DNA of 64,000 nt from a virus (taxonomy: Duplodnaviria; Caudoviricetes): the IMG/VR virus record IMGVR_UViG_2711768077_000003, positions 1,191 to 65,190 of that record; one strand, given 5' to 3'. The notes beneath the pieces are model-generated. The model had not been told where the DNA came from, searched no databases, and saw only the letters and a list, made by a program, of their open reading frames with translations. This document shows positions 9,790 through 20,517 of the stretch, piece after piece (position 1 is the first letter of the stretch; each line of letters starts with the position of its first letter). Made by a program: the position numbers and the translations under genes.

Positions 9790-10274
9790 TGATCGCCCCC
9801 CTGCGGGACGATCTCGATCTTCAGCGTGCCGGGCCGTACGGTGCGCGCGGGCTCGAAACCGGCGCGGATTGCATCGGGCCAGGCGGCGTATTTGCGCTCG
9901 GGCACCTTGAACGCGATGTCGACGTACTGGGCGGGATCGTCCCCGGCGGTGCGGATGCGCTCGACCATGGCGGCGAGGCGATCCTGATCCCAATCGACCC
10001 GTTTCGGCAGATCGGCGACCACGGTGAAATCACCATCGTCGAACCGGATCGTCCCGGTGTCCTTGCCCGCCGCCTGCCGCTCCTCGGCGGCGCGGGTGGC
10101 GTAGCGGACCGTCAGAGCGCCATCCAGGCGGGCCTTCGCGGCCTTGTCCCGCTTGATGCGCTCATCGACGTCGCGCTGCAGGATGGCCAGCAGTTCGACG
10201 GGCAGCTGGGCGATGTCCTGCAGGCCGAGGCCCGGCAGGTCGTCGACGGTGGGGGTGTTCGCGGGGAACGGCAT
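9786..10274 (-). CDS. Phage hypothetical protein
   Basis: MPFPANTP... with RBS ggag; stop overlaps the ATPase start. Confidence 0.7.
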   Translation of the reverse strand: MPFPANTPTVDDLPGLGLQDIAQLPVELLAILQRDVDERIKRDKAAKARLDGALTVRYATRAAEERQAAGKDTGTIRFDDGDFTVVADLPKRVDWDQDRLAAMVERIRTAGDDPAQYVDIAFKVPERKYAAWPDAIRAGFEPARTVRPGTLKIEIVPQGGDQ

Positions 10275-10318
10275 GTAAGGGTCTCCATGATCGGCAAAGA
10301 GGGATTGGAAGGCGGTGG

Positions 10319-10708
10319 TCACGCGGCAGCCCGACCACTCGAACCGGTGGCGTGGTCGGGCTGCCCCTGCTCGGCGAGCAGGAGCGCGGACAGCGACACG
10401 GCTGCGGCCTTCGGCTTGGGGCGGGCGACGGCGATGTAGGCGAACTGGTCGGGACCCAAGCGCTCTTGCACCAGGTGCACGAGGCCCCGTTCGGCGGCCC
10501 AGAACGCGCGGGCGCCGAGCCAGGTCAGCCTTGTGCGTTCTTCGGTCGTGAAGCGGGACAATCCCTGACACCGATCGAGCGTCAGAAAGCCGCGATGGTA
10601 TTCGAGCCGGTCGCCCGGCACGGCCTGCGCCACCCAGGCGCAGAACTCGATCTCGGTGAGCGGTCGGCGGGCGCGGACCGTGATGAAGGGGGTGGTGCCC
10701 ATGAACAT
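10319..10708 (-). CDS. Phage hypothetical protein
   Basis: Strong RBS aaggaggag; FCAWVAQA...YHRGFL motif. Confidence 0.7.
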   Translation of the reverse strand: MFMGTTPFITVRARRPLTEIEFCAWVAQAVPGDRLEYHRGFLTLDRCQGLSRFTTEERTRLTWLGARAFWAAERGLVHLVQERLGPDQFAYIAVARPKPKAAAVSLSALLLAEQGQPDHATGSSGRAAA

Positions 10709-10730
10709 GATCTCCTCCTTTCGCCTCTAC

Positions 10731-11324
10731 TCAGGCCGCCGCGAGATCGTCCCAGGCGGGACCGAGACCGTGAGCGGTGAGGACGTGACGGAGATCGGCG
10801 AGGCGGCGGTAGAGCGCGGACCGGCTGCCGAAACCCTCGGTTGCGAGCGCGGTGACCGGGCGATGCGCCAGCGCCGCGCAGAAGCGGCGATCCTCGGCCG
10901 GGAGCCGCGCGAGCGCCGCCTGCAAGGCGTGGTGCAGTTCGGTGACGGCGGCGGCGCAGCAGGGTTGGCCGTGCCAAGAGGCGAGACCGTCGTCCTCAGT
11001 CAGCGTGTCGCCGACCGGCTCGCGGGTACCGGCCAGCGGCACCTCGAGCGAGAGCAGCGATCCACCCTGCGCACGGCGCTGGCGGTGATGGCGCATCGCG
11101 ATCCGCGAGGACTGGTTGCGCAGGACGATGTTGGCGAAGGCGCCGATGCTGCCGCGCGAAGGAACGTAGGCGGGCAAGCGGCGCAGCAGATCGACCAGGA
11201 GTTCCTGGCCCAGATCCTCGCGCTCGCAGAGCGGCAGGCTCAGCTTGCGCCGGAGGCGTTGCGCCGCCGCATCGGCCTCGCGGATGATGGTTTCAATGTC
11301 GTCGTGGGAGAGTTCGATCTGCAT
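10731..11324 (-). CDS. Sigma-70-like (ECF-type) phage regulator
   Basis: REDLGQELLVDLLRRLPAY region-2-like segment; C-terminal HTH SRSALYRRL. Confidence 0.7.
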   Translation of the reverse strand: MQIELSHDDIETIIREADAAAQRLRRKLSLPLCEREDLGQELLVDLLRRLPAYVPSRGSIGAFANIVLRNQSSRIAMRHHRQRRAQGGSLLSLEVPLAGTREPVGDTLTEDDGLASWHGQPCCAAAVTELHHALQAALARLPAEDRRFCAALAHRPVTALATEGFGSRSALYRRLADLRHVLTAHGLGPAWDDLAAA

Positions 11325-11514
11325 CGCTGTGCGCCTCGGTCATCGTTTCTGATGAGTCCAAGGTGCCGGATGCGGTCGGCGCGCAGGTGGGAACGGGGTG
11401 GGAATAAGGTGGGGGCATGGTGGGTCTGGCCCTTTGCCCAAGGCGACAAGTGTGGCGCTTCACTTGGCCTTCGTGTCCGGACTGCTTATCGCCGGGCGCA
11501 TTTTTATTTTCCAC

Positions 11515-12729
11515 CTACCCCGGGCGGTAATAGATGGCGTCGAGCATTGCCGCCCGACACTCCCAAAGCTGTCCATCGCCACTTTCGGGCTTGTCGATGT
11601 TGTACCACTCCGATGCGCGGATCACTTCCACGACCCGGTCCCAGTAATTTTCGAGGCTGAGAGTCGACTTGGCGAAGCCCATCCCATTCGCCGCGGCCAC
11701 AATATTGGGATTGGAAATGCAGAGGAATACGTCGGGACGTTTCATGGCAAGCAGACGTGACGCCGTCGCGACGCCCCCAACTCTGCTCGAATTGGTAAAC
11801 GCCTTCACAAAAAGGCGCGCAAATCGGTCGAAATGCTCCTTCGTGACCTCTCCCTTTTGTGGAATGCTATCAACGGCGCGAGCTAGGGATCGGTCGTTCT
11901 CTGCGATGCGATTTTTGAAGTCTCCCGCGCCACGCATGGAGCCGAACCAACCCCAATCTCGATCAAGAGATTTGTGACTCGCCTTTTCTTCAACCCCTAT
12001 TGCACCTGCAATTGCTTTCCTTTGCGGCGTTGTGAGGTCGTGGAAAGAAGGCACGGCAGATAGCCAACCCTGCACAGTTCGGAGCAGGTTCAGACTTTCA
12101 TCAACGTCGTGGTGAGCCGACCCTCGCACGGCGCGGACATACTGATCCCAACCCATACCGACCAAGGGGGACGATAGGCTCTTCACGCTTGCAGGCGGCA
12201 CCCCTGCCAGCGGATCGCGAGGTGGACCCGGCCTCCTTGCGGCTAGCTTGCATCCCAAACGGTATCGCGCCGCCAAATCTTCTGTTACGCGGTCACCGAG
12301 TGAGGCGCTTCGCGCGGCGAAGGAAAGGGTATCAGCTAGCATCTCGTCGCTGATGGAACCCGTAACCAGGACACAGGCCTCGTGGTTCTTGCCAAGCCCG
12401 CCGCGAGTGAAGTTAGCGCTCCCGATGATTGCAGCAGCCCGTTTCCCAGAACGGAACGCGTAGACCTTTGGGTGGAACGTCCCACCAGGAAATTTCGTGA
12501 CGACGTAGCATCCGTCGACCCCGATGAGAGAGTCGACAAGGTCTGGATCGGTCTGAGCGAACGCGAGCCCGAATGTTACGGCTCTGATTTTTGCCGAATG
12601 CGATAGGAGTTTTCGGGCCAGGGAGGTGGATGTGCCCCAGGCGACCGCCCAATGAAACTCGTCATACTCCGCCACGAGGCCCTCGATGGCATTCTCTACG
12701 TCGTTCCCCGTCAGAAATTCGATTTCCAA
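11515..12729 (-). CDS. PLD-family (NgoFVII-like) nuclease, putative defence gene
   Basis: FHPKVY...IIGSANFTRGG..N.E PLD nuclease motif; C-terminal RLLAMKRPD; lower GC; start codon (TTG) uncertain. Confidence 0.75.
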   Translation of the reverse strand: MEIEFLTGNDVENAIEGLVAEYDEFHWAVAWGTSTSLARKLLSHSAKIRAVTFGLAFAQTDPDLVDSLIGVDGCYVVTKFPGGTFHPKVYAFRSGKRAAAIIGSANFTRGGLGKNHEACVLVTGSISDEMLADTLSFAARSASLGDRVTEDLAARYRLGCKLAARRPGPPRDPLAGVPPASVKSLSSPLVGMGWDQYVRAVRGSAHHDVDESLNLLRTVQGWLSAVPSFHDLTTPQRKAIAGAIGVEEKASHKSLDRDWGWFGSMRGAGDFKNRIAENDRSLARAVDSIPQKGEVTKEHFDRFARLFVKAFTNSSRVGGVATASRLLAMKRPDVFLCISNPNIVAAANGMGFAKSTLSLENYWDRVVEVIRASEWYNIDKPESGDGQLWECRAAMLDAIYYRPG

Positions 12730-12833
12730 TTCAATCAATCCCTCACGCCACTTGCAGGACATCAGATGGCCAAAGCATAGCAGGCGCGGATCAGCCCACA
12801 ACTCGTGGTGAAGGGAGAGAAACCGAAGCGCCG

Positions 12834-13787
12834 CTAGCAGTCGTCGACCACGATCTCCGTTGCCGGGACGCCGAGCCGGTAGCCCCGGTTTCGAACAGTC
12901 GCGATCAGGGACTTGCTCTCGGCATTGGTGAACCCGGCAGCCTTGAACGCGTCGCGCAGCTCGCGGATCAGATCCTTGGCCTCGCGCGCCGTCGTCCCTT
13001 CGACATGGGATCGGGAGGCGACCTGATCGCGCGACAGCGCCTTCTCAAGCAGGCGTTCGAACACGGGGAAAATCTGACGCGACAGAATGACGGAGCGACC
13101 GTCCCACTGAACCTCGGCCGTCGCCCTTCGCACGCGTAGCACGGGTGCCAGTGGGACCGGCGCCAGAGCCGCGATGTCGATTGTGCCGCCGCCGCCATCC
13201 GAGGCAGGCATCAGCACCGCGTGGGTTTCGACCAGATGAAAGCCCGCATCCTGATAACGCCGGGCGGCCTCCGCTGGTAACTGCGGTGCGAGGATCGTGA
13301 CGTCGGAGCCCTGCGCTGCCTGGCGCAACGAAGCGATGATGCCGTCGCCGGTCAGAGCTGCAGACTCAAGCGCAAGAAACACTGCACGTCCGGATCGCGT
13401 ATCGCCGAGCCGCCAGACGTTCTCCGCGGCGCGTTTCGGAGCTGTGGCGAACCCTGCCGCGGCACCGATCACGGATGCCAACGCCTCGGCGCCGATGCGA
13501 AACACGCGTAGATCGTCCTCGGTGAGATCTACGTCATTTCGGCGGTCCAGCGGACATTCGGCACGATATCCGTCGCCCGCTTTCCGGATCGGCCGACAGG
13601 GGAGTCCGCATTCGCAGGCGTCGCAGACCTCCCAATCGGAGAGCGGCGCCTGTTCGACCAGGACACGTTTCGCCAGCAGCCGGTTGAAACCCGGACCAAA
13701 GAACGGCGCGGAAAGCTCGCCGGACAGGATCGCGTCGTCGCCAGCCTCACTCAGCCGCGTCAACAACCTCAAAATCGTCTCGGTCAT
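12834..13787 (-). CDS. Regulator with C-terminal winged-helix (OmpR-like) domain
   Basis: CDACEC Cys cluster; C-terminal IATVRNRGYRL wing motif. Confidence 0.7.
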   Translation of the reverse strand: MTETILRLLTRLSEAGDDAILSGELSAPFFGPGFNRLLAKRVLVEQAPLSDWEVCDACECGLPCRPIRKAGDGYRAECPLDRRNDVDLTEDDLRVFRIGAEALASVIGAAAGFATAPKRAAENVWRLGDTRSGRAVFLALESAALTGDGIIASLRQAAQGSDVTILAPQLPAEAARRYQDAGFHLVETHAVLMPASDGGGGTIDIAALAPVPLAPVLRVRRATAEVQWDGRSVILSRQIFPVFERLLEKALSRDQVASRSHVEGTTAREAKDLIRELRDAFKAAGFTNAESKSLIATVRNRGYRLGVPATEIVVDDC

Positions 13788-14988
13788 TCATCAGCCCGTT
13801 CCGTTCGATCAGCTTCATCACCCGCGCCTCGTGCTGGGTGCGGCGGAACTGCACGACGCCCGGGGGCCGCAGCTTGACCGTGACCTGCGGCTGGCGCTTG
13901 CCGTCGCCCTTAAACAGGATCCGGAACACGAGTTCGCCCAGCCTCCAGGCGCCGCCGAACGAGACCGGTGTGCTGCCGAAATGCTGGAGCGCGTCACCGC
14001 CGAGATCCCGCGACCGCAGCGTGCGCACCACGCGGGGATACCCCTTCTTGCCGGGCGCCATCAGGTCGGCCGCCGCCTCAATGATAAGCACCTTGTCGAT
14101 CAACGGATCGTAGGCGGCGTCGAAGGCGAAGCCCGGTCCGGCCAGTTCGACCGGGCGCAGGGTATAGAGGTCCTGCGCATCGTCGCCGTCGAAGAAGCCG
14201 GGCCGGTCGAGGATGATCGAGGCGAAGAGTTCCGCGATCTCGGGCTGATGCGCCTTCCTGATGCGGGCCAGTCGCAGCATGCCGGTGTTCTCGGAGTATC
14301 GCAGCACGGCGTGGGAAATCTGGCGCACGCTGATCACCCGTTCGACCTGGCCCTCGACGACCGGCATGGTCGAGACCATGGAGCCGTGGCTGACCACGAG
14401 GTTGATCTCGTCATCGTCTTCGTAGTCGCCCACCCGGCAGTAGTCCCCGAGAAACGCGTCACGGAAGAGCGCGGCAACGGCCGTCCGGAACGCCTCGACC
14501 TTCTCCGCCGTCAGATCGATCGCGACGCCACGTTCCCGGCCGGCAAATTCATGCAGGCGGTCGGCAGTGAGCATCGCCATGTGGTCAGCGGCCGCATCGA
14601 ACAGGTCCGGATGCTCCAGAAAGACCCGGACGGCGATGTGCTTGGGATCATGCGCCTTGTTCGGCGCGTCCTCGTCGCCGGTCTTTATATCGGGGAACAG
14701 ATCGACGCCCTGACGGACTGCCTGCGCCTGGATGATCTCGAGGCCGCGGGCATCGCCCAGTTCCGCGATGCGGTGCAGATCGCCGCGCAGCCCTTCGGGA
14801 TAGCTGTCCTCGGCGCCAGTCAGCAACTTCTCCAGCGCCTCGCGGGCGGCATCTTCCTCCTGGTCCAGCAGGTCGACGGAGAAGCCCTTGTACTTGCCCT
14901 CGTGCCGCGCCAGCAGCGGCTTCATCAGGGCGAGATCGATGGTCTTGATGAACCGGGGGTTCACGAACTTTTTCAAATTGCCGGCCAC
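13747..14988 (-). CDS. Conserved hypothetical protein of the integrative element
   Basis: 413-aa ORF with high-GC codon usage, overlapping the regulator, divergent from the recombinase module. Confidence 0.75.
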   Translation of the reverse strand: MAGNLKKFVNPRFIKTIDLALMKPLLARHEGKYKGFSVDLLDQEEDAAREALEKLLTGAEDSYPEGLRGDLHRIAELGDARGLEIIQAQAVRQGVDLFPDIKTGDEDAPNKAHDPKHIAVRVFLEHPDLFDAAADHMAMLTADRLHEFAGRERGVAIDLTAEKVEAFRTAVAALFRDAFLGDYCRVGDYEDDDEINLVVSHGSMVSTMPVVEGQVERVISVRQISHAVLRYSENTGMLRLARIRKAHQPEIAELFASIILDRPGFFDGDDAQDLYTLRPVELAGPGFAFDAAYDPLIDKVLIIEAAADLMAPGKKGYPRVVRTLRSRDLGGDALQHFGSTPVSFGGAWRLGELVFRILFKGDGKRQPQVTVKLRPPGVVQFRRTQHEARVMKLIERNGLMNDRDDFEVVDAAE

Positions 14989-15125
14989 GACGAATCCCCT
15001 TTCCTGAATGATAAGTGTTCTTGATACGTTCCCATGCGCGATTCTTCAACCTGTGCGGGATCGGCTGGGACGCTTTCCGACATCGACGAGTAGAGGCCAG
15101 AGGAGACGACCGCTCCGAGGCCCGC

Positions 15126-15329
15126 ATGAAACGCCCCAATCCGCTCCCGGCCAACCAGATGACGCCCGCAGAACGCCGCGCCGAGTTGTGCGGCCTGCTG
15201 GCGCTCGGGCTGGTTCGGCTGACGCAGAGACAGTCAAGCGAACTATCTGACGGAACCGGAGAAAGTTCGCTACACTATCCGCCCGACCAGAGCGGTCATG
15301 CAACCACCGAGAAACGGAGAACCGCATGA
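15126..15329 (+). CDS. Small hypothetical protein upstream of DUF2924
   Basis: MKRPNPLP...AERRAELCGLLALGLVRL; ATGA overlap with the next gene. Confidence 0.6.
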   Translation: MKRPNPLPANQMTPAERRAELCGLLALGLVRLTQRQSSELSDGTGESSLHYPPDQSGHATTEKRRTA

Positions 15330-15775
15330 CCGACACGATTCCCGCGCGCCTGGCCGCGCTCAAGACCACGCCCACGCCCGACCTGAAGAGGCAGTGGCGG
15401 GACCTGTTCGACAGCGAGCCGCCGCCCTTCAACCGGCGCTTCCTGGAGTCCCGCCTGGCCTATCGCATACAGGAACTCACCTATGGCGGGCTGAAGCCGG
15501 AGACCATCCGGCGGCTGGAACGAATGGGCGAGGAACTGGACGGCGGCGACAGGACTAAGCGCGGCATCCGCGCCGATCGCGACCGCCCGATCACCGGCAC
15601 GCGGCTGCTGCGCGAGTGGCAGGGCGTCGAACAAGTCGTCACAGTGACCGCGGATGGTTTCGAATGGCAGGGGCGGCCCTACAAGTCGCTGTCCGCTATC
15701 GCTCGGGCGATTACCGGCACGCGCTGGAACGGCTGGACCTTCTTCGGGCTCAAGAACCACAGGGGGCGGACATGA
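15326..15775 (+). CDS. DUF2924 domain protein
   Basis: LAYRIQE, GTRLLREWQG, YKSLSAIARAITGTRWNGWTFFGL. Confidence 0.88.
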   Translation: MTDTIPARLAALKTTPTPDLKRQWRDLFDSEPPPFNRRFLESRLAYRIQELTYGGLKPETIRRLERMGEELDGGDRTKRGIRADRDRPITGTRLLREWQGVEQVVTVTADGFEWQGRPYKSLSAIARAITGTRWNGWTFFGLKNHRGRT

Positions 15776-17097
15776 CGAAGCCGCCGGATAAATCGAAGGT
15801 CATCCGCAAGCTGCGCTGCGCGGTCTACACCCGGAAATCCTCCGAGGAAGGGCTGGAGCAGGAGTTCAACAGTCTGCACGCCCAGCGCGAGGCCTGCGAG
15901 GCGTACATCGCCAGTCAGCGCTCCGAGGGCTGGGTGCTGATCCGCGATCAGTATGACGACGGCGGCATCTCGGGCGGGACGCTGGACCGGCCCGGCCTTC
16001 AGCGGCTGCTGGAGGACATCGAGGACGGGCTGGTCGATGTGGTGGTGGTCTACAAGATCGACCGTCTCAGCCGCTCGCTGGCGGATTTCGCCAAGCTGGT
16101 GGAGGTGTTCGACAGGAACGGCGTCACCTTCGTCTCGGTGACGCAGTCCTTCAACACCACCACCTCAATGGGGCGGCTGACGTTGAACATCCTGCTCTCC
16201 TTCGCCCAGTTCGAGCGGGAGGTGACGGCCGAGCGCATCCGCGACAAGGTCGCCGCCAGCCGGAAGAAGGGTATGTGGATGGGCGGGGTGCCGCCCTACG
16301 GATACCGGGTGGAGAACAGGAAGCTGCTGGTCGACGAGGACAACGCCGCGCATGTGCGCTGGATCTTCGCCCGCTTTCTCGAGATCGGGTCCTGCACCGA
16401 ACTGGCGCGTCAGGTCGGCACGCGCGGCCTCCGGACGCCGCGTGGCAACCGGATCGACAAGAAGTACCTCTACCGGATGCTCAACAACCGCGCCTATATC
16501 GGCGACGCGGTTCACAAAGGGGAGAGCTACCCCGGCGAGCACGACGCGATCATCGACCGCGAGATATGGGACCGCGTCCATGCCATCCTGCAGGAGAGCC
16601 CGCGCAAGCGCGCCGCGCGCACCCGCGCCGACACCCCGGCGCTGCTGAAGGGGCTGCTTTTCGGGCCGGACGGCGCGGCTTTTTCGCCGACGCACACCCG
16701 AAAGTGCGACAAGCTCTACCGCTACTATGTCAGCCAGACCGTGCTGAAGCATGGCGCGGGGGCCTGTCCGGTCGGCCGCGTACCAGCAGGCGAGATCGAA
16801 GCCGCCGTGATCGACCAACTGCGCGCTGTCTTCCGCCAGCCCGAGATCGTGGCAGGTACATGGAAGGCGGCCCGTGCCCACGCCGACGGCATCACCGAAG
16901 CCGACGCCCGGACGGGCCTGCAGCAACTAGATCCGCTGTGGGACGAACTGTTCCCCGCAGAACAGGCGCGCATCGCGGCGCTGCTGGTCGAGCGAGTGGA
17001 CATCGGCGTGGACGACCTGAACGTCCGGCTACGCGTGGACGGCCTCAGCGGCCTCGCGCATGAGATGCTGGCCGGCAGGATCGGAGAAGCTGCATGA
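15772..17097 (+). CDS. Large serine recombinase (integrase)
   Basis: YTRKSS catalytic motif, DGGISG, RPGL, VYKIDRLSRS, PPYGY, YRYY. Confidence 0.93.
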   Translation: MTKPPDKSKVIRKLRCAVYTRKSSEEGLEQEFNSLHAQREACEAYIASQRSEGWVLIRDQYDDGGISGGTLDRPGLQRLLEDIEDGLVDVVVVYKIDRLSRSLADFAKLVEVFDRNGVTFVSVTQSFNTTTSMGRLTLNILLSFAQFEREVTAERIRDKVAASRKKGMWMGGVPPYGYRVENRKLLVDEDNAAHVRWIFARFLEIGSCTELARQVGTRGLRTPRGNRIDKKYLYRMLNNRAYIGDAVHKGESYPGEHDAIIDREIWDRVHAILQESPRKRAARTRADTPALLKGLLFGPDGAAFSPTHTRKCDKLYRYYVSQTVLKHGAGACPVGRVPAGEIEAAVIDQLRAVFRQPEIVAGTWKAARAHADGITEADARTGLQQLDPLWDELFPAEQARIAALLVERVDIGVDDLNVRLRVDGLSGLAHEMLAGRIGEAA

Positions 17098-17489
17098 CCC
17101 GCGGTACAGCGGTCCCCGACACGGTGACGCTCCACGTCCCATTTCGGTTTGTGAAGCGTGGCGGGCGGAAGGAAATGCATTTGCCGGAAGGCGCTACGCA
17201 CTCGCGGCAGACCGACAACGCGCTGGTCAAGGCGCTGGCCCGCGCCTTCCGCTGGAAGCGCATGCTGGAGTCGGGGGATTTTACCACCATCGCCGAACTG
17301 GCCGAACGGGAGGGGCTCGCGCCCTCATACATGACCCGCGTCCTGCGCCTGACCCTGCTCGCGCCGGACATCGTCGAGGCAATCCTGGACGGAAAGCAGG
17401 GGCCGGAAGTGACGCTGGCAAGGGTACTTGAGCCGTTTCCGGTGGAGTGGGAAGCGCAGTGTCTCGACATGATCGCCCGCCGTGGTTAG
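17094..17489 (+). CDS. Recombinase-associated HTH protein
   Basis: KRGGRK, TIAELAEREG...YMTRVLRLTLLAPDIVEAILDG. Confidence 0.75.
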   Translation: MTRGTAVPDTVTLHVPFRFVKRGGRKEMHLPEGATHSRQTDNALVKALARAFRWKRMLESGDFTTIAELAEREGLAPSYMTRVLRLTLLAPDIVEAILDGKQGPEVTLARVLEPFPVEWEAQCLDMIARRG

Positions 17490-17550
17490 TTCTTGGGCGG
17501 CGCTTCCGCTCCGAAATTGGCGGCGGCACAACGGCAGATTCGGCGAGAAA

Positions 17551-20517
17551 ATGACAAAAGAATTGGAAATTGAGAAGGAGCTGATAAATAAACTTGAGGG
17601 ACTCAAGTATGTTCTGAGAGACAATATTAGGGATCGCGGCGCGCTTGAGAATAATTTCCGCGAAAAGTTTGAATCACTAAATCGAGTCCAGCTCACAGAC
17701 AACGAGTTTGAGCGCCTTCTCGAGAAAATGGTAACGCCTGACGTGTTTGAAAATGCTGAGCGGCTCCGTAATCGCAATACCTTCGAGCGGGAAGACGGTA
17801 CTCCACTTCATTACCAGCTCGTGAACCTGAAAGACTGGTGCAAGAACACATTTGAGATCGTCAACCAGCTGCGCATCAATACCAAGAGCAGCCATCATCG
17901 CTACGACGTCATACTCCTGGTCAACGGCCTTCCGCTCGTTCAGATCGAACTGAAATCGTTGCAGGTCTCACCACGGCGCGCGATGCAACAGATCATCGAT
18001 TACCGCAATGATCCGGGGAACGGCTACACGAACAGCCTCCTCTGTTTCATGCAGCTGTTCATTGTCAGCAATCGCAGCCAGACTTGGTATTTCGCAAACA
18101 ACAACAACGAGCATTTCTCATTCAATGTCGAAGAGCGGTTCCTGCCGATTTATCGCTGGGCCACTCGTGACAACAGGAAGGTCCAGAACCTCGCCCAGTT
18201 CGCCGACCAGTTCCTGACCAAATGCACCCTGGCGGAGATGATCAGCCGCTACATGGTGCTCATCCAGAACGAGCGAAAGCTCATGATGATGCGCCCCTAC
18301 CAGGTCTATGCGGTCAAGGCGATCGTCGACTGCATCCATGAGAACCGCGGCAACGGCTACATCTGGCACACGACCGGCTCGGGCAAGACGCTAACTTCGT
18401 TCAAGGCGTCAACGCTCTTGAAGGACAATCCCGACATCGAGAAATGTTTGTTCGTCGTCGACCGCAAGGACCTAGACAAGCAGACCCGCGAGGAGTTCAA
18501 CCGCTTCCAACCGAATTGCGTCGAGGAGAACACCAATACCGAAGCACTGGTGAGGCGCCTTCTGTCTGAGGATTACAAGAACAAGGTTATCGTCACCACG
18601 ATCCAGAAGCTGGGCCTCGCGCTGGACGGGACGAACAAGCGCCAGTATCGCGAGCGGCTCGAGCCTCTGCGCGACAAGCGCGTGGTCTTCATCTTCGACG
18701 AATGCCACCGCTCGCAGTTCGGCGAAAACCACAAGGCAATCAAGGAGTTCTTCCCCAACGCTCAGCTCTTTGGCTTCACCGGCACGCCGATATTCGAAAA
18801 GAACGCCAACGCGGTTCGGGTCGAGGGCGAGGAAGCGCGACTGATGACGACGCAGGAGGTCTTTCAACAGGAGCTCCACGCCTACACGATCACCCACGCC
18901 ATCGAAGACGGCAACGTGTTGCGCTTCCATGTGGACTACTTCAAGCCCGAGGGCGCACCCATCAAGCCCGGTGAGACGCTGGCCAAGCGGGCGGTGGTCG
19001 AGGCAATCCTCCACAAGCACGACGCCGCCACCAACCAGCGCAAGTTCAACGCTCTCTTCGCTACCGCCAAGATCGACGACGCGATCGAGTATTTCCACCT
19101 GTTCAAGGAAATCCAGGCCGAGCGCGCCGCGGCGCTCGAGGACTTCATCCCCCTCAACATCGCCTGCGTCTTCTCACCCCCGGCCGAGGGCAACCGCGAC
19201 GTCGCCCAGTTGCAGGAGGACCTGCCGCAGGAGCTGAAAGACAACAAGGTCGAGCCGAACCGCAAGAAGGAGGCGCTGGCCGAGATCATCGACGACTACA
19301 ACGCCCGCTACGGCGCCAACCACCGGATCACGGAATTCGACAGCTACTATCAGGACGTGCAGCAACGGATAAAGGATCAGAAATATCCCAACTCCGACCT
19401 GCCGCGCGACAAGAAGATCGATATCACCCTTGTCGTCGACATGCTGCTGACGGGCTTCGACTCGGCCTATCTGAACACGCTCTACATCGACAAGAACCTG
19501 AAGTATCACGGCCTGATCCAGGGCTTTTCGCGCACCAACCGGGTGCTGAACGACTCCAAGCCCTACGGCAACGTGCTCGATTTTCGCGCCCAGAAGGACG
19601 CCGTGGACGAGGCCATCGCCCTCTTCTCGGGCGAGGCGCCGGACCGCGCCCGCGAGGTCTGGCTGGTCGATCCCGCGCCCAAGGTCATCGAGAAGCTGGC
19701 TGAGGCCACCCGCAAGTTCGCCGGTTTCATGGCCTCGCAAGGGGTCGAGCCCCGCCCCGAGGACGTCGCCAATCTCAAGGGCGACGAGGCGCGGGCGGGC
19801 TTCATCGAACGTTTCAAGGAGGTGCGGCGGCTGACCACCCAGCTCGACCAGTACACCGACCTGACGCCCGAGGATAAGGCGAAGATCGAGGCGTTGATCC
19901 CGCGCGACGATCTGCGTGCCTTCTCGGCCCAGTATCTGGAGGTCGCGAAACGCCTGCAGGAGCACCAGCACAAGACCGAGGACCCCGACGACCCGATCCA
20001 GCAACTGGAATTCGAATTCGTGCTCTTCGACAGCGCGCTCATCGATTACGACTACATTATGAAGCTGATCGCGCGCTTCACCAGCCAGCCGCCGGAAAGG
20101 CGGAGGATGACGCGCAAGGAGCTGATGGGCCTGCTCGCCTCCTCCGCCCGGCTGATGGACGAGCGCGAGGATCTGGAGGCCTATGTCGCCACACTGCACG
20201 AGGGCGAGGGCTTGAGCGAGGAGGAGATCCGCGCAGGCTACGAACGCTTCAAGGCCGCGCGGGAAGAGGAAGAGCTGGCCCGTATCGCCGCGGGGCACGA
20301 TTTGCCCGTGGAGGCGCTCAAGGAATTTGTCGCGGGCATCCTGCGCTTCAACATCTTCCACCCCGACGCGCTGACCGAGCTTTTCCGCCCCAAGGGGCTA
20401 GGCTGGAAGGTGCGGAGCCGCGCCGAGCTTGCCCTGATGGAAGACCTGATCCCGCTTCTGCGCAAGAAGGCCGGCGGGCAGGAGATTTCGGGGCTGGAGG
20501 TCTATGAAGATGCCTGA
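17551..20517 (+). CDS. hsdR: Type I restriction endonuclease subunit R
   Basis: D...QIELK nuclease motif, HTTGSGKT, DECHR, FTGTP, MLLTGFD, QGFSRTNR. Confidence 0.95.
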   Translation: MTKELEIEKELINKLEGLKYVLRDNIRDRGALENNFREKFESLNRVQLTDNEFERLLEKMVTPDVFENAERLRNRNTFEREDGTPLHYQLVNLKDWCKNTFEIVNQLRINTKSSHHRYDVILLVNGLPLVQIELKSLQVSPRRAMQQIIDYRNDPGNGYTNSLLCFMQLFIVSNRSQTWYFANNNNEHFSFNVEERFLPIYRWATRDNRKVQNLAQFADQFLTKCTLAEMISRYMVLIQNERKLMMMRPYQVYAVKAIVDCIHENRGNGYIWHTTGSGKTLTSFKASTLLKDNPDIEKCLFVVDRKDLDKQTREEFNRFQPNCVEENTNTEALVRRLLSEDYKNKVIVTTIQKLGLALDGTNKRQYRERLEPLRDKRVVFIFDECHRSQFGENHKAIKEFFPNAQLFGFTGTPIFEKNANAVRVEGEEARLMTTQEVFQQELHAYTITHAIEDGNVLRFHVDYFKPEGAPIKPGETLAKRAVVEAILHKHDAATNQRKFNALFATAKIDDAIEYFHLFKEIQAERAAALEDFIPLNIACVFSPPAEGNRDVAQLQEDLPQELKDNKVEPNRKKEALAEIIDDYNARYGANHRITEFDSYYQDVQQRIKDQKYPNSDLPRDKKIDITLVVDMLLTGFDSAYLNTLYIDKNLKYHGLIQGFSRTNRVLNDSKPYGNVLDFRAQKDAVDEAIALFSGEAPDRAREVWLVDPAPKVIEKLAEATRKFAGFMASQGVEPRPEDVANLKGDEARAGFIERFKEVRRLTTQLDQYTDLTPEDKAKIEALIPRDDLRAFSAQYLEVAKRLQEHQHKTEDPDDPIQQLEFEFVLFDSALIDYDYIMKLIARFTSQPPERRRMTRKELMGLLASSARLMDEREDLEAYVATLHEGEGLSEEEIRAGYERFKAAREEEELARIAAGHDLPVEALKEFVAGILRFNIFHPDALTELFRPKGLGWKVRSRAELALMEDLIPLLRKKAGGQEISGLEVYEDA

